Translations under genes and position numbers: made by a program
Assembly (NCBI RefSeq): GCF_009914755.1
Contig: NC_060940.1
Source of the DNA: the human T2T-CHM13v2.0 reference genome, Homo sapiens
Direction: 5' to 3' (one strand)
Length of the DNA: 64,000 bases
Part shown: positions 39,814 through 62,208 of the stretch, piece after piece
Layout of the letters: each line of letters opens with the position of its first letter
Position numbering within the stretch: the first letter of the stretch is position 1
The notes under the pieces: generated by a model
Database searches by the model: none
Told to the model about the DNA's origin: nothing
What the model saw: the letters and a program-made list of their open reading frames with translations, nothing else

Positions 39814-41150
39814 CCAGTGCTTCTCAAACTTTAATGTGCACACAAATCACCCAGGGATCTTGTTAAAATGCAGATTCTGATTCCATAGGTCTGGAGCAAA
39901 GCTGCAGAGCCTCTAACAAGCTCCCAGGTGATCCTGATGCTGCTGTCTGTAGGCCACGCTTTTGGGCAGCAAGGTCCTGAGCCTGCAATGTTATTTCCCC
40001 ACCGAAAATGTACGGTCATTCATTTATTCGGACACCAGCTGTCAAGTGCTGCCAGGCTAAGTGCTAAGGATAAATAAAACAGATACATAAACAGAACTCT
40101 CTGCTCTTAAGGAGTTCACAGTCAAGGCACTGCTGAGTTTCTCTAAATTCCACAAATCAAGGGCAATGTCCAATACAAAATGAACTCGATCAAAGACAAA
40201 ACCCTTACAGAACTGTGTGCAGAGTGAGAACAGATACACAGGTTGCGCTGGAAGCAACAATAATGTTGAGATGAATACCTCTCTCTTCAAGGACTCAACA
40301 GACGACTCAAGCTACAATAAAACCGGATATTCCTGAGAAGCAGAGTGGGTGAGGGACAAAACTAGGTGTCAAGGCAACTTCAAAGCCAACAAAACCCCAT
40401 GGACACGGAACCATGCCTATATATCATTTCTGGGTCCCTCTATTCAGTATGGCAATGTGCAATAAGACTTGCTAGCATTCGTGAGAGTCAGGCATAAACA
40501 AAAAGCTATATAAAAGGAGCAGTCAAGAAAGTGGTGTCTGATGAGAGAAGCAGCTAGATGGTTGTGGACATACTGAGTATGAGAGCTGAATGGAGGCAGG
40601 GTGGGGGATTTCTTATCAAGGTCCGAACCCTTTAGTTTAGGAGGAAACTAAAATCCAAAGCAACATTTGATTTAGATTGCAAGCAGCAGTTGTCAACCGG
40701 GGCAATTTTGCTCCTTCAGGGGACATTTAGCAATGTCTGAAGACATTTTTGATTGTTACAACGGATGGAGTGCTACTGGCATCCAGTGGGAAGAGGTCAG
40801 AGACGCTGTTAAAAATCCTGCAAGGCACAGGACAGCCCACTACAACCAAAAATCATCTGCCCCAAAATGTGAATGGTGCAGAGGCTGAGAAACCCTGAGT
40901 TAAGGAATTTGCCCCAGGTTAACGAATGAATGTCACACCACGGAATAGATTAGAGCAGTCCAATAGAGCATTCTGCAATGATGGAAACAGTCTATAATCT
41001 GTGCTGCCCTATATAGCAGCCAATAGCTACATGTGGCTATTGAACACTTGAAATACGGGTAGTGTGACTGAGAAACTAAAGTTTAATCTTTAATAATTTA
41101 AATTTATAATAGCTACGCACGGCCAACGGCTACTCTACTGGACAGAACAG
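39814..41150. mobile_element. hAT MITE fossils: MER5-like (39814-39975), MER20 (40684-40897), MER3-like (40952-41150)
   Basis: Similarity to recalled consensus termini (cagtgcttctcaaac; ...gaggctgagaaaccctg; gtccaatag...ctggacag). Confidence 0.75.
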
Positions 41151-41949
41151 AAATACAATTCACCTTTTCTGACTCGCAGACTGGTATTCTTCCAGTTTCA
41201 CAGCCTGCTTCTTTCCAATTTTCTGAAATCACTCACTCACTTGACTTTAACACTAAAATGTGACTGGGAAAAAACCCACAAAAGTAAAATAATACTGCAG
41301 AAAAAAAAATAAATAAAACATCCCCAGTTAAACTTTCGCTGTTTTGTACATTGGGAAATAAAGTAAAATATCAGATCATTGTTACACATACATGTAACAA
41401 GACTGCAGAAGCAAGAAAGGTCAAATTATTTCTACTTCCACTTGCAGGGAAGGGTGTTATAACACAGATAAAACAAAAAACTCTCTGAGCCTTGAGATCA
41501 CGAGTTTTCCGACCTGATTTCTCTACTTGGTCACTAACAATCTCCTTCACTTCTCAGAAGCTGGGTAAGAAACCAGGCTGGTCAGCATCACCTGCAAATT
41601 CTCCGGCTTCTGACTTCTCTCTCACCACAGAGACAACTCTCTGATTTGCTGGTTTGGGTGGCACCGCACCGAAGACTCACCATGTGCCATGCACTGTGCA
41701 AAGCACTACCCATACATGATGTCACTTCATTCTCACTGCAGCCCTTTGTGGCACCGGGAGGTTAAAAAGCTGGGACCAAATCACACAGCCAGTCAGGAGT
41801 AAAGCAGGGACTCCCAGATATGGCTCCCAATCTGCTCTTAAACACTGCGCTAAGGTAAGGGCCTAAAACCTGGGAAAGTAACCCTGGCTGGGAAGGCGTG
41901 AGAAGTCCCCCTGGGGAGCAGAGCAGTCAGGGGCTGCATAGCCAGGGAG

Positions 41950-42480
41950 GGGTCCTGGCGGCTCTTACTTCTCGATCTCCAGCGCTGCCACCTTCCGCTT
42001 TTCGTACAGCTTGTCATTGAGGGCGCGCACGATGTTAGGCGTGAGCGGCGCGAAATCCTTCTCGGGGTTCATGGTGGCAGCTGGGGGAACCTCGCGACTC
42101 CTTAGCCCGCGGCTGCCGGGGCCGCGCCGGGGCCAGGGGAGTCTGCGGCTCCGCTCTGCCCCCGGCGCCGGCGCATGGACCACGCCGCTCTAGGCTTGCC
42201 TGCCACGCTCCGCCGCCTCGCCCTGGAACCCGGGCCCGGACCCCGCTCCAGCACACCTGACCCTGGCCGCTTAACAACTCCCGCCCGGCACTAGCGGGAC
42301 TCACGAGACAGCGGCCATGTTACTCGAGTCACATGACTCTACAGCACTTCCGCCTTCCGTCGCGAGGACCCGCCCCTCTCCAGCCACGCCCCCACCGCAG
42401 GCCGCAGGTGGATTGGCCACGCCCTCGGAAGGCTCCACCCACACTGCACACACTATCGCGCTGCGCGCCAGGTAGCTGGA
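41950..42480 (-). promoter_or_regulatory. VAC14: VAC14 CpG-island promoter and 5' UTR
   Basis: Densest CpG cluster in the window. Motifs: YY1-like AACATGGCCGC (42321-42311), GAGTCACATGACTC palindrome (42326-42339), ETS ACTTCCG (42346-42352) and CTTCCG (42354-42359), GC/KLF boxes (about 42369-42392), CCAAT on the minus strand (ATTGG 42412-42416); no TATA box. Confidence 0.88.
41969..42072 (-). CDS. VAC14: VAC14 coding exon 1 ([35 protein letters not shown])
   Basis: Perfect Kozak gccaccATG at 42072 inside a CpG island; recognisable Vac14 N-terminus; donor AA|GTAAGA; 104 nt. Confidence 0.98.
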
Positions 42481-43369
42481 GTGTGGTTTGAGACGTGCTT
42501 TAATGGGTGTGTAGCTCACGCCCAACTGATGGCACGTGGTGGGCTTCTGTAGACGTTCGTAAGACCGAATGGGTTCTTGGAGTCTGATTCACTTAACATA
42601 ATTTATTCAATAGTCACCGAATTCACTAGTTCATTCAGTAGTTGGTCACTTACCAATTTCCTAGATGCAGACGTTTCCCTAACTGCAGTAACACTGTCAT
42701 CACTTTCACCATATTCTAGCCACTTGTATTATCTATTTAATGTTTTCCTCAAATCAACTCACTTTAAAAAATACCTTAAATCTCTTTTAGCTTTGCTTAT
42801 GCCCTAAAACCATGAGTTTGAATAGGTATATTTTTTCTAAGACACATCAAAATAAATTCTCAATTAAAAATGGCACTACCTGTCTACCACCTAAGATCTC
42901 AGGTACCACCAGTGTCTGTCACTCCACCATTTGGGGGTGTGTTTAACATGCTCTGATGCCTAGGAGGGCTGGTTACAGACAGAGAGAAAGGCCCCAGATC
43001 TGCTGAGTGCGGGTCTCTAGATAGGTCCCCTGGAAAGCAGCCCCTTCAGCTGCTTCGGGAATCACATTACATGGTGAGACAGAAATCCCAACTATGTGGC
43101 AAAATATTTAAAAGCAATTTATGGCCGGAGTGTGGTAAACATGCAGTTAACAGGGAGGTGCATCAGCCTTTCCTATCATAAGCTTTCAGAGTGAACAGGG
43201 ACTTAGGACAAGGGCTAGATTACAGTGGAGCTCAAAGAATAACAGTTTCAGAATGCATGGTGATACTTTTCTTTAATGAATGAAAAGTGCATATATAGGC
43301 CTTATAACAGTCTTGAAAATGGAGTATTTTCCTCAACAGAAACAGGGACGCAATGAGTAAAGGGCAAAA

Positions 43370-43920
43370 GTAGGCAGAATTCTAGGATGACCTCCAATAT
43401 TCCCACCCCTTCGTGTTCATGCCCTGTATTATGCCCTCTTTCAGCGTGAACAAGACTTGTAAATATGATGGGCTATGCATCACTCACATGATTATATTAT
43501 GTAATATCGCAGAAGAGATTTTGCAGATGTAATTAAGGTCCCTAATCAGCAGACATTGAATTAATAAAAAGAGAGATTAACTTGAGTCGGCCTGACCGAA
43601 TCAAGTGAGTACTTAAAAGAGATTAGAAGAAATTTGAACTGGAAGAGAGACTCTCCTGTAAGGAGTTTAGTCATATGGCCACAAAGGAATGAATTTTGCC
43701 AACACATTGAGGGTCCTTGGAAGCAGATCTTTCCCTAGTTGAGCCTCCTGATGAGGATGCAGCTGGCCAGCACCTTGATTTCAGCCTTGTGGAACCCTGA
43801 GCTGAGAATCCAGTTCACACTGGGCTCTCAACCCATGGAAACTGTGAGATAATAAATTTGTGTTGTTTTGCTCTCCTAGTTTTGTGGTAATTTGTTATGC
43901 AGCCATAGAAAATGAATACA
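43370..43920 (+). mobile_element. MaLR LTR (MLT1E-like)
   Basis: gtaggcagaattctaggatg...ttgcagatgtaattaaggtc...gcagccatagaaaatgaataca. Confidence 0.78.
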
Positions 43921-45447
43921 AAGGCTAATCCAAAACTCGGCAAGTCATGGATATATCATGTCTAGAAAAATCCATAAAAAATGTATTCTCCTATACAGGT
44001 GGGGTTTTCATAGTTGTTAAAACCTTTGCTGACACAATCCTATGAATGAAGGTAGGTGCGCTAACAAGTAGTAGTAGTGCTGCCAAGGACATCTCCAAAT
44101 GTCTTGCAAAGTTTGGTTTTAGGATTTTGATGATGGTTGATGAAAAACACTGAAAAAATGTAAATCAATGGGAATGATTTGGTTCTATTTCTCCAATGTG
44201 TGTGCATTTCCACGGGACGCATATCTAATATATTTCATGTTTCTTTTGCTTTTTGGTTTGGCTTTTTCTTAGAGGTGAACTGAATTTCCCAAGGGTAATG
44301 ATACAGTTTTTAATAATTCAAACAATAAGGAATTTTTTTTTTACCAGAAGTATTCTTTTCTCCTGAAATTATATTCTGGCTCAGGTTGCTAAGTAACCAG
44401 TTTTTTATTCAAGGCCCAGACCAATGCCTACCTTTAGGTCAGAAGTTCCTAGAAAGAAGTGGTTCTTTTCTCTAATATCTTGAAAAATGCCAACTAGGTA
44501 AGATTATTTATGCATAATTGAGCTAGCAGTGGTGGTAAAAATAAAGCCCAAAGGCTACCCTTGCCTTCCACCCTTGTTCCTCTTCTCTGACCTGTGACCA
44601 TTCCTGTTGAAACTCTTCTAGACTAGGGGATAACTGATGTGCCTGACTGCATACTAGTCATTATTTCACAGTTACAATTCATCTGCATCTGTGTGATGCT
44701 TGGTTGTTATGCTAGAACTTGTAATAGTTCTGTAACAACTATTCATAATAGCTATTACAAGTATGTAAAAGTTATGACATAACTTGTAGCAAGAGGCTGC
44801 TGATGACATTGTAAGAAATTGTACCAAAATCTTGAACTGTGCAAAGCAGTTTCTCCAACAGCAATGTAATTGTAGCTGGAGTTTCAGGGCAACAGGGTTT
44901 AAGGTATTAGGTAGAGGTCTTGAAATGTAGCAGGCCCTCACCAATGTTACAGTATTGTCACCTCTGACTTGAGGCTCCTAAAGAAGTGGTTAGACTTAGC
45001 ATGCCACACTCACTGGGGGCCCAGTGTGGAACGAGGCCAGGGAGCCCCATTCCCATGGTATTCTGTGCACAGTGCTCCTTGGAGTTCTGCCACACAGCTA
45101 CCCTGACATTTTCTGAACATCCCCCAGTTAGAAGTCTCCTGGTCTGCTTTGCTGAGAATGGATTCTCCAATGTAACTTCCACAAGCATGTGTTGGAAGGG
45201 TTATTTTCATCAAGCCTGCTGTTAAGCTACTTTGCCATTCCAAATTTGCTAATATAAGACTATTTTGTTATTGTTTGAGGCTAAGGAAGCACGAGAAAAA
45301 CCTAAAGGGAAGAAATGCACCCAATCTCAAACCAGCCTGGAAGAGGGTTCACACTGGGGCAGGATCTGAGCTTGGCTCTTGGTCCCAGGGAGAAGGAACT
45401 TCCTCCTCTCTCAGGGGCTAGGAGGATTTGGACCCTAGACTCAGTGG

Positions 45448-46040
45448 TGTTATAGGACCAACACGTTTGTGTGCCCACTGTGCAGTAACAGACCAATGCA
45501 CAGAGACAGTGGGGATGCAGCAGAGAAAGTGATGATCAAAGGTCACTGAGTGATGAGATGGGAGGAGACCCTCAAATCCATCTCCCGGAAGAGTTCTGGA
45601 CTGGGGTTTTTAAGGGGATCCTGGAGGGTGAAGGGCTGAAAAACCAGGTGACTGATTGGTTGGGTAAGACGGATGAAATCATCAGGATGTGGAAACCGCA
45701 TTCTTTGGTGAATCAGCTTCTCGTGAGGTCCTTCAGATCAGCTGATGTCAGTTGTTTCACTGGTACACAGGACCAAGAATAAATATCTCAAACGGAAAAC
45801 TTAACGTTTCCTAATGTTCAAGTTGTTATCTCCAGAGCATTGAGGGGAACTATGATCTTTAGCAGGGTCTACGTGATTCTGAAACAGCAGGCACCAAACA
45901 GCTATGAGGAAGCAGGTCTGAGCGCAGGCTGATCTAGTGATTAATGCTGAGTGTGCTGCAACCTGGGTTCGTTTTTGTTTCTCCCCCTCCCTTCTCCCTG
46001 ATCACTTTTATAAAATGTATATGGACAGCTTCAGTGGCTT
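45448..46040 (-). mobile_element. ERV1 (MER4-group) LTR-like element
   Basis: tgttataggaccaac...cagcagagaaag...ctcaaatccatctccc pattern; subfamily uncertain. Confidence 0.6.
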
Positions 46041-46419
46041 GGGGAAGCACTGGAACAGGTCTGAAGTTGGGGGAGTTGCCCCTAGCCACCCCAAGGCTGG
46101 CTATAAGCCATGCTGGGGCTGGTGGCATGTTAGACAAGATTTCAGACAGCTTCTTCCACCTTTTCTTTAGTCTTAGGGATCACTTGGTGTACCACATTGA
46201 CCATTATTGAAAAAGTACACCCTTTTGAAGAGTAGGGTGAGGGACCAATTGCTTCCCTTCTCCTAACCTATACCTCTGGTGAATAGGTGGAAGGAGGCAC
46301 ATTTTGGGGAGGGTTAATTTCATCAACTAGGTCCTATGCAGATTTGGTAAGACTTCTCAGGACTGTAATGAAAGAGTTATGGCTGTGGGTTTGGCAAATG
46401 TCAAGTTTTGCCAGGTACC

Positions 46420-48070
46420 TTAAAGTAGCACTCTCAGCTGCAATGTGCATGCAAATCGCCTGGAGGTCCATGAAAATGCAGATTCTGATTCAACAAGTCT
46501 AGGGTGGGGCCTGAGGGCCTGCCTTTCTAACAAATTCCCAGGTGATGCTGATGCTGCAGGTCCATAGGCCACTCCGAATAACCAGGAGGCTCGAGGCTTT
46601 AGAGTCGTGGTTCTCACAGTCTGATTGGTCTCACCAACGAGCATCACCAAGAACTGGTTAGAAATGCAGATTCTCAAGCCCCACCCAAATCTCCTAGATC
46701 GGACTTCCTGAGGGTGGGGCTCAGCAATCTGTTTCAGTAAGCCCTCCAGGGGATGCTGATGTATACTAATATTTCAGAAGCACTGACTTTATACAGATGC
46801 TGTATATTTGCAAGTCATCACTCTTGCTCATTGATCTTAGCATCCTCTCAGATTATTGGTCAGAGCGATCTTTGCTCACTTAACCATTGTGAAAATCTGT
46901 CATCTGGTTGTCTTTAGACCTATCAGTAGTGTCTTTAGAGGTTATAGAAATAAATTGTCTATTGAGTATGGCAGTCCTCCTCATCTATGGCTTCAGTTAC
47001 CTGTGGTCAACTGTGGAATGAAAATATTTAATGAAAAATTCCAGAAATAAAAAATTCATACTTTTTAAATGGCATGCTGTTCTGAATAACTTGAGGAAAT
47101 CTCATGCCATCCCACTCCATCCTGCTCAGGATGTGAATCATCCCCTCGTCTAGCGTATGCATGCTGTAGACACAACCTACTTGATAGTCACTGAGTAGAT
47201 GACTTGGGGTTAGCAGGTCAACTGTCATGGGATCGCAATGCTTGTGTTCAAGGAAACCTTATTTAGTTTAATAATGGCCCCAAAGCACATGGGTAGTGAT
47301 GCTGGCATATTATTATAATTATTACATTTTATTATTATTATTGTTAATGTCTTACTGTGCCTAATTTATAAATTAATCAAAGGTATGTATGTAAAGGAAA
47401 ATACCACAGTATATGGAGTGTTCAGTACTATCTGTGGTTTCAGGCATCTACTGGGCACCTTGGAATGTATCCCCTGAGGATGAGGGAGGACTATTGTAAA
47501 GGTCTGTGTTTACAGACATTCTAGAAAAAGCTTTTTTGGTCCTAGAGTATACTGGGCTAGGGTTGTGGGGAGGTACAGAAGAAGGAGAAGAGTCTCCCTC
47601 CATGAAAGCCACCTCTGACAGGTATAAGGACTTGCTAAAAGATTGCCGGGCCACACCTACAGACTTTTTGATTCAGTCGATCTGACATGGGGACTGAGAG
47701 TTTGACTTTTAATAAATTCCCAGGTGATAGTACTGCTGCTGGCCCAGGGACCATTTTTAAGACCCACTTCTTTACGGCATTCATTCCCAAGAGGCCATCT
47801 TCTTCCAGTCTCCTGCCCCTCTTGTAGGAGGGCTGTGGGGGATGAGTGTGGGGAGCAGGTAGAGGCAGGGGGACCCTCCGTCAGAGGTGTATGTCTGCAG
47901 AAGCAAACCCATGCCAGGGCCAGACTTTAACCATCTGCTATACAAGTTAAATGTATATAATAAAGATGCCCACACCCCTCTCCAGACCAATTACATCAGA
48001 TGGGGACTGGGCACGTTCAGAGTGAGAGTTAGGTGGTCCTGATGTGCAGATGGGTTGAGAATCCCTGCTC
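46420..48070. mobile_element. DNA transposon cluster: several MER5-like MITEs and MER44/Tigger7-like element (46968-47496)
   Basis: aaaatgcagattctgattc...ccaggtgatgctgatgc motifs; MER44-like termini ending ...gagggaggactattg|ta. Confidence 0.72.
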
Positions 48071-48751
48071 TCCTGCTGAATGCTATCCAAGGCGGGGTGT
48101 GTATGTGTGGTGGGGGGAGCTGGGATCTCTATTAGCCTTTCTCCAGGGCCTAGACTTCAGTGAGAACTTTCTGTGTAGGGCAGATGTGGGATTCGGACAC
48201 TGATGGTATAAAAGCCAAGAGAAAAAGTGATGGGAGTGTCCCTGGATTGCCCTAATGTTATCTGCTCATCCCTCTGAAAATATTTATTTGGCTTTTATGT
48301 GAAAGCAGAATAAAATGCCACATCAAAATAGTCATGTCTAAGGGCTTTTTAAACCATTTTGGATTTTAAAAAGAAACTGCAGTACCCAGCGTCACGCATT
48401 GCTAAGTGTTGTAGAGTAGAAGGTCACTAGTGTGATACCTGTGCCTTCTTGATAAAAATGGGAATTATTACAAAGTACTTGAGCTTTGGGGCTATGTCAA
48501 GAAACTCAATTTAGGGACTCACAAGGATTCAGTTGTCTAAAATATAGAGCTGTTGTGTGTAGTTATAATGTTTAATATGGAATAGATATTTCATATCTAT
48601 ATTTGGAAAACACATAATAGGGAAATAACTGCCCTATAATTGTATGAGAAGAATAAAAACAGTTCCTTTAGAATTCTTATTGTTTTCTCTATTCTTTTTC
48701 AGGCTAAGACAATGCATAGCTTTTGGTTGATACAGGTAACCCTGGTTACCA

Positions 48752-49234
48752 CTAAAGGGTGATCCCCTTCAGATAATAAACCCATTTAACTCCAGTCTCA
48801 CTCCCTTCACCAGGAGGGCAGCTCACAGTCAGCTTGGTGGTGATGGGGGTTTTGCTGCCAGATGGGTTTCCTTCAAAGGAGACTGTGATGTTGTTGATCT
48901 TCTTGGGCCGCACAGACTCTCCAGCGCGAATGGTGAAGGCTGGGTTATCCACGATGATGGAGAAGGTCACCATGTGATAGAAGACATTCTTGAAGGGGAT
49001 GATTATGCTGTACCCGGCTCGGATCGAGAAGGGACCTTGGGGCTTGGGAGGCAGAGCCATTCCAAAGAGGGGGATGATATACTCTCCACCTGCGAGCGAT
49101 GATAGGATCAGGATGCCCTTGGTCTCACCCAGGTGGCTGGGCTCGAATAAGACTTCCACACTGGCTTCAGTGCCTCCCTGGCCTCCTGGGGCTGCATTAA
49201 TGAGTTTTTCTGCGTGGAAGTCTGTACAGTCGGT
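48752..49234 (-). CDS. HYDIN: HYDIN last coding exon: TDCTDFHAEKLINAAPGG...KWVYYLKGITL*
   Basis: ccctttcag|ACC; 483 nt ending in TAG at 48754-48752; recognisable HYDIN C-terminus. Confidence 0.94.
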   Translation of the reverse strand, partial: TDCTDFHAEKLINAAPGGQGGTEASVEVLFEPSHLGETKGILILSSLAGGEYIIPLFGMALPPKPQGPFSIRAGYSIIIPFKNVFYHMVTFSIIVDNPAFTIRAGESVRPKKINNITVSFEGNPSGSKTPITTKLTVSCPPGEGSETGVKWVYYLKGITL

Positions 49235-50954
49235 CTGAAAGGGGAACAAACAAACTCAGCTCACGTGAGATCCTGAAGAGCACACCAGGAGCTCAAGTCT
49301 ACCCCAGCCCCTCCACTCCTGGACATCAAGCAACTATGTCTGTGTGAGACTGGGAATGTTATAAAGTTGTGTCCTTATAACTCCCTTGTAGGGTAGGTAT
49401 TACTAATTATTATTTCTATTTTGCTACAAAGAAACAAAGGCAAAGAGATGTTAATAATGTGTACTGAGACACACAGCCACATTACGTTAATAGGGCAGTC
49501 ATGGATGCTGATCCCCTATATTCGGTTCTTTCCTTCCATGTACATGGAAGACCAAACATTCTGGTTCCTTGCAGATGGGTGGTGCTAGTTCCAGACAACT
49601 AGCTGTGAGCAGAAGTGAAAGGTGTCACTTCCATGCTAGAGCCTTTCATTGCCAATTTAACTCCTGTCAGGGTCCTTTCACCACTCTAATACTGTACTGG
49701 AAATATTTGAGATGGTGCTTGAATCCCAAGAGACTGAGATGAGCAGGGTCCCCTGCTGGCCTCTCTGGAAAATTGCTCAAATGAGAAACAAGCCTTCATC
49801 TTAAGCCCCTGTGATTGCTACTGCACCTAACCTAGCATCTCTTGGCTGATACAACTGATCAAGAGCCTCTGCCTCTTGGCTACAGCCACAAGATCTCTGA
49901 TTTTACCTGGGCATGTGACTGCCCAGTACAAAAGCTACCTTTCCTAGCTCCTTTGTTGATAGGTGTGGTCCTGTGAAGTTTTGTTCCATGGAATATTAGT
50001 AGAGGTGATATATACAACTGTCCCCTCTTCCCTTGTAGCTGGCTGGAATGTGGATGTCCTGATAAACCATCTTGGCCCACGTGGACCAAAACAGCTCCCT
50101 TCAGAGGGCAGAGCATCGGGACAGAAGATGTCTGGGTGCCTGGTGTCAGCGAGCTGCCATTCCAGCTCAAACTGCTTATGCCCAGACTGTTATTTGTGAG
50201 AGAAACCAACACCTAATTTGCTGTTATTTGTGGTTTCTGTTTTTTAGAATTTTATTTTATGTTTTTAAATAGAGATGAGGTCTCGCTATGTTGCCCAGGC
50301 TGGTCTTCAACTCCTGGCTATAGCGATCTTCCCACCTGAGCCTCCCAAAGTGCTAGGATTGCAGATGTGAACCACTGTGTCTAGCTTTGGGTTTCTGTTT
50401 TAGTAGTTGAACCTATATTCCAACTGATGTAACAGCTAATGTATATGGAGCACTTACTATAGGCTAGGCTCTAAGAAAATGGCTTTAGATACATATTTAA
50501 AATCCTTATAGCAATCCTGCAAGGTTGGGGGTATTATCCCCATTTATAAATAAGCTTAGAGAGCTTAAGCAAATTATTCATACAAAGAGTAAGTGGTGAA
50601 GCCAGGACTCAAACCCATGTCTGTTTGATTCCACAGCCGATACCATGACTACTAAGCTATACTGTCTCCCTCTGTGGATCACTGGGCGTGCTGTGTGAAA
50701 CAAAACTCCCCTACACTCCATCACAGCTTGTTAAGACAGAAAGTCTGTAATGGAAGAACCCAGGCCTGGTGCTGTTTGTTTCTAGCTGGGAGTTTCCAGG
50801 CTAGATTCAGGCCTCTGAGGCAGGTGTCACCATGACAACGAAGCACCTGAGTCTCTCTGAGTCTCACATTCATGCTCCCTGTGTCTCCTCTCATTGTTTT
50901 TGAACCCAGCGTTCATGTGAGGGAAGGGCAGAAGGTAGAGCAGGGGCCACTCAC

Positions 50955-51179
50955 CCTGCAGTAGTATTCTGTCCTCTGCCGTGTGTAATTGATGAACTTC
51001 ACAAGGATGATTTGGCTGCTGCCAAGGACAGTCTGGAAGTGAACAGGCTTTTCCGGAAGTGCTGGCGTGGCTTTCAGATAGAGCTCATATTGGTAGTAAC
51101 CCAAGTCAGTGTTGTGCAAAGTTAGTCTTCCGAAGGTTTCTCCAGCTTTCAGGGGCTGAAATTCAAATGAGAACGTGCC
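50955..51179 (-). CDS. HYDIN: HYDIN penultimate exon: GTFSFEFQPLKAGETFGRLTL...TEYYCR
   Basis: ctcttccag|GGC ... AGG|GTGAGT; 225 nt, phase 0. Confidence 0.94.
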
Positions 51180-51721
51180 CTGGAAGAGAAAACAGAGGAT
51201 CCTGTCATGCTGAAAGGCTAATTCATCACCTGCCACCTAGAGACCTGCCCAAGGCTCCATAGCAGGTTGGGGGCAGAAATAGTGCACATGATCATGCTGT
51301 TCTTGCTCCTGGGGAACCTGTCCAAACCAGCCCACCCTCTCTCCCCTGTACCTCTCCTAGCTTTCTCTAGTTCAGGTGATTCTATATCTGGGATCTCTAT
51401 GAATCTAAGTGCAGGTGCTGGACTGTCTCCTGAGAAGCGCACATAGGGAGATGTGGAGATGGGTGAGTGCTGCCAGTAGGAGGGCTGAAGCTTAGGCAGC
51501 TCCTTCTTTGCTCATGGCCAATCTCAGAACAGCGTCCTGGGTTCTGCCATCCTCCATTATTACCCATGGCGAAACAAAGCAAGAACAGAAAGCATTTCTT
51601 ATATAGCAAAACAAGGGAAACAATTCGAATGTATTATTAGTAGAAGATTAGTTAAACAAATTACAGTTTTCTCATTTCAGTGGAATATTGTGTAGCCACT
51701 AGAAAGGATGAGGTAGAGCGG

Positions 51722-59232
<7,511 letters not shown>

Positions 59233-59513
59233 TAAGAAAAAACAAGAAAAATACTTTTAGCTGGAACAAAGAAAACAAACAAATCACAGAGACAAGGTTC
59301 ATAAGAGAGAATTCCAAACGATGTGCCCAAGCTCCTATGAGGACTTTAGCAACAAGAAAAGGAACATGAGGGTGATTGTCCCGTCCTCTGCCTTCCTGAC
59401 CACTGTCAGGGCTGGCCCACCCTCTGGGGATGCAGAGTGTGGATCCAGAGATCTCATGGGTGGAAGCCACTCTCACAGCTCTCAGGGAGCCCCCGACAGC
59501 CAAGGGGCCGTAC

Positions 59514-59744
59514 CTCGGAGTTGGCAGGCACCACAAACTGGGAGGGCAGGGCGATGTCGGGCATCCGGCATTCCGTGGAGAAGGTCACCGAGTAGGGCAG
59601 AGGGTTCTCCAACTTGATGGAGGCTGACGCAACTTGCCGGACTGGGGTCACCATCTCGATGGTTTTGATGATGCCTGAAGGGATGACCCTGAAACTCACA
59701 TTGTAGTACAAGAACTCATTTGTCACCTCGTTTCGGAAGATCAC
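59514..59744 (-). CDS. HYDIN: HYDIN third-to-last exon (exon 84 of 86 from memory): VIFRNEVTNEFLYYNVSFRV...VVPANSE
   Basis: atgcag|GTG ... GAG|GTACGG; 231 nt, phase 0; Ig/ASH-like beta-rich sequence. Confidence 0.93.
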
Positions 59745-60083
59745 CTGCATTCACGGGGAGAGAGGGAGGAAGGAGGGAAGAGTAGGGGTGAGCCGAGGGT
59801 CCTCTGCACATTTTCAGAGCCTCCTTCTCTTTTTTAGCATTGTTTGGCACATGAAGCACAGGTACCAGGCTGACAGGACGCTCGCAGCCTATCCGGATCC
59901 CTGCCAGCCAGACTTTCTAGTTAGGGATTCCGGCTCCTCCCAGATGAGAGATTATTAAATAGCCTGGGCTTGCTTTAGAAGAGGCTAGATAGAGCAGGAC
60001 TGTCCAACGCCAGCACTTCCCTGGTGGGGACAGCTGGCCGGCTCTGGAAAACAAGCGAGACCTTTGAGGTAACTTTCAATGGG

Positions 60084-62208
<2,125 letters not shown>

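Larger units (their letters stand above)
43272..48576 (-). terminator. HYDIN: Candidate HYDIN polyadenylation signals: ATTAAA 48576-48571, AATAAA 48288-48283, distal ATTAAA 43277-43272
   Basis: Hexamers seen on the minus strand downstream of the stop; which are used cannot be shown from sequence. Confidence 0.5.
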
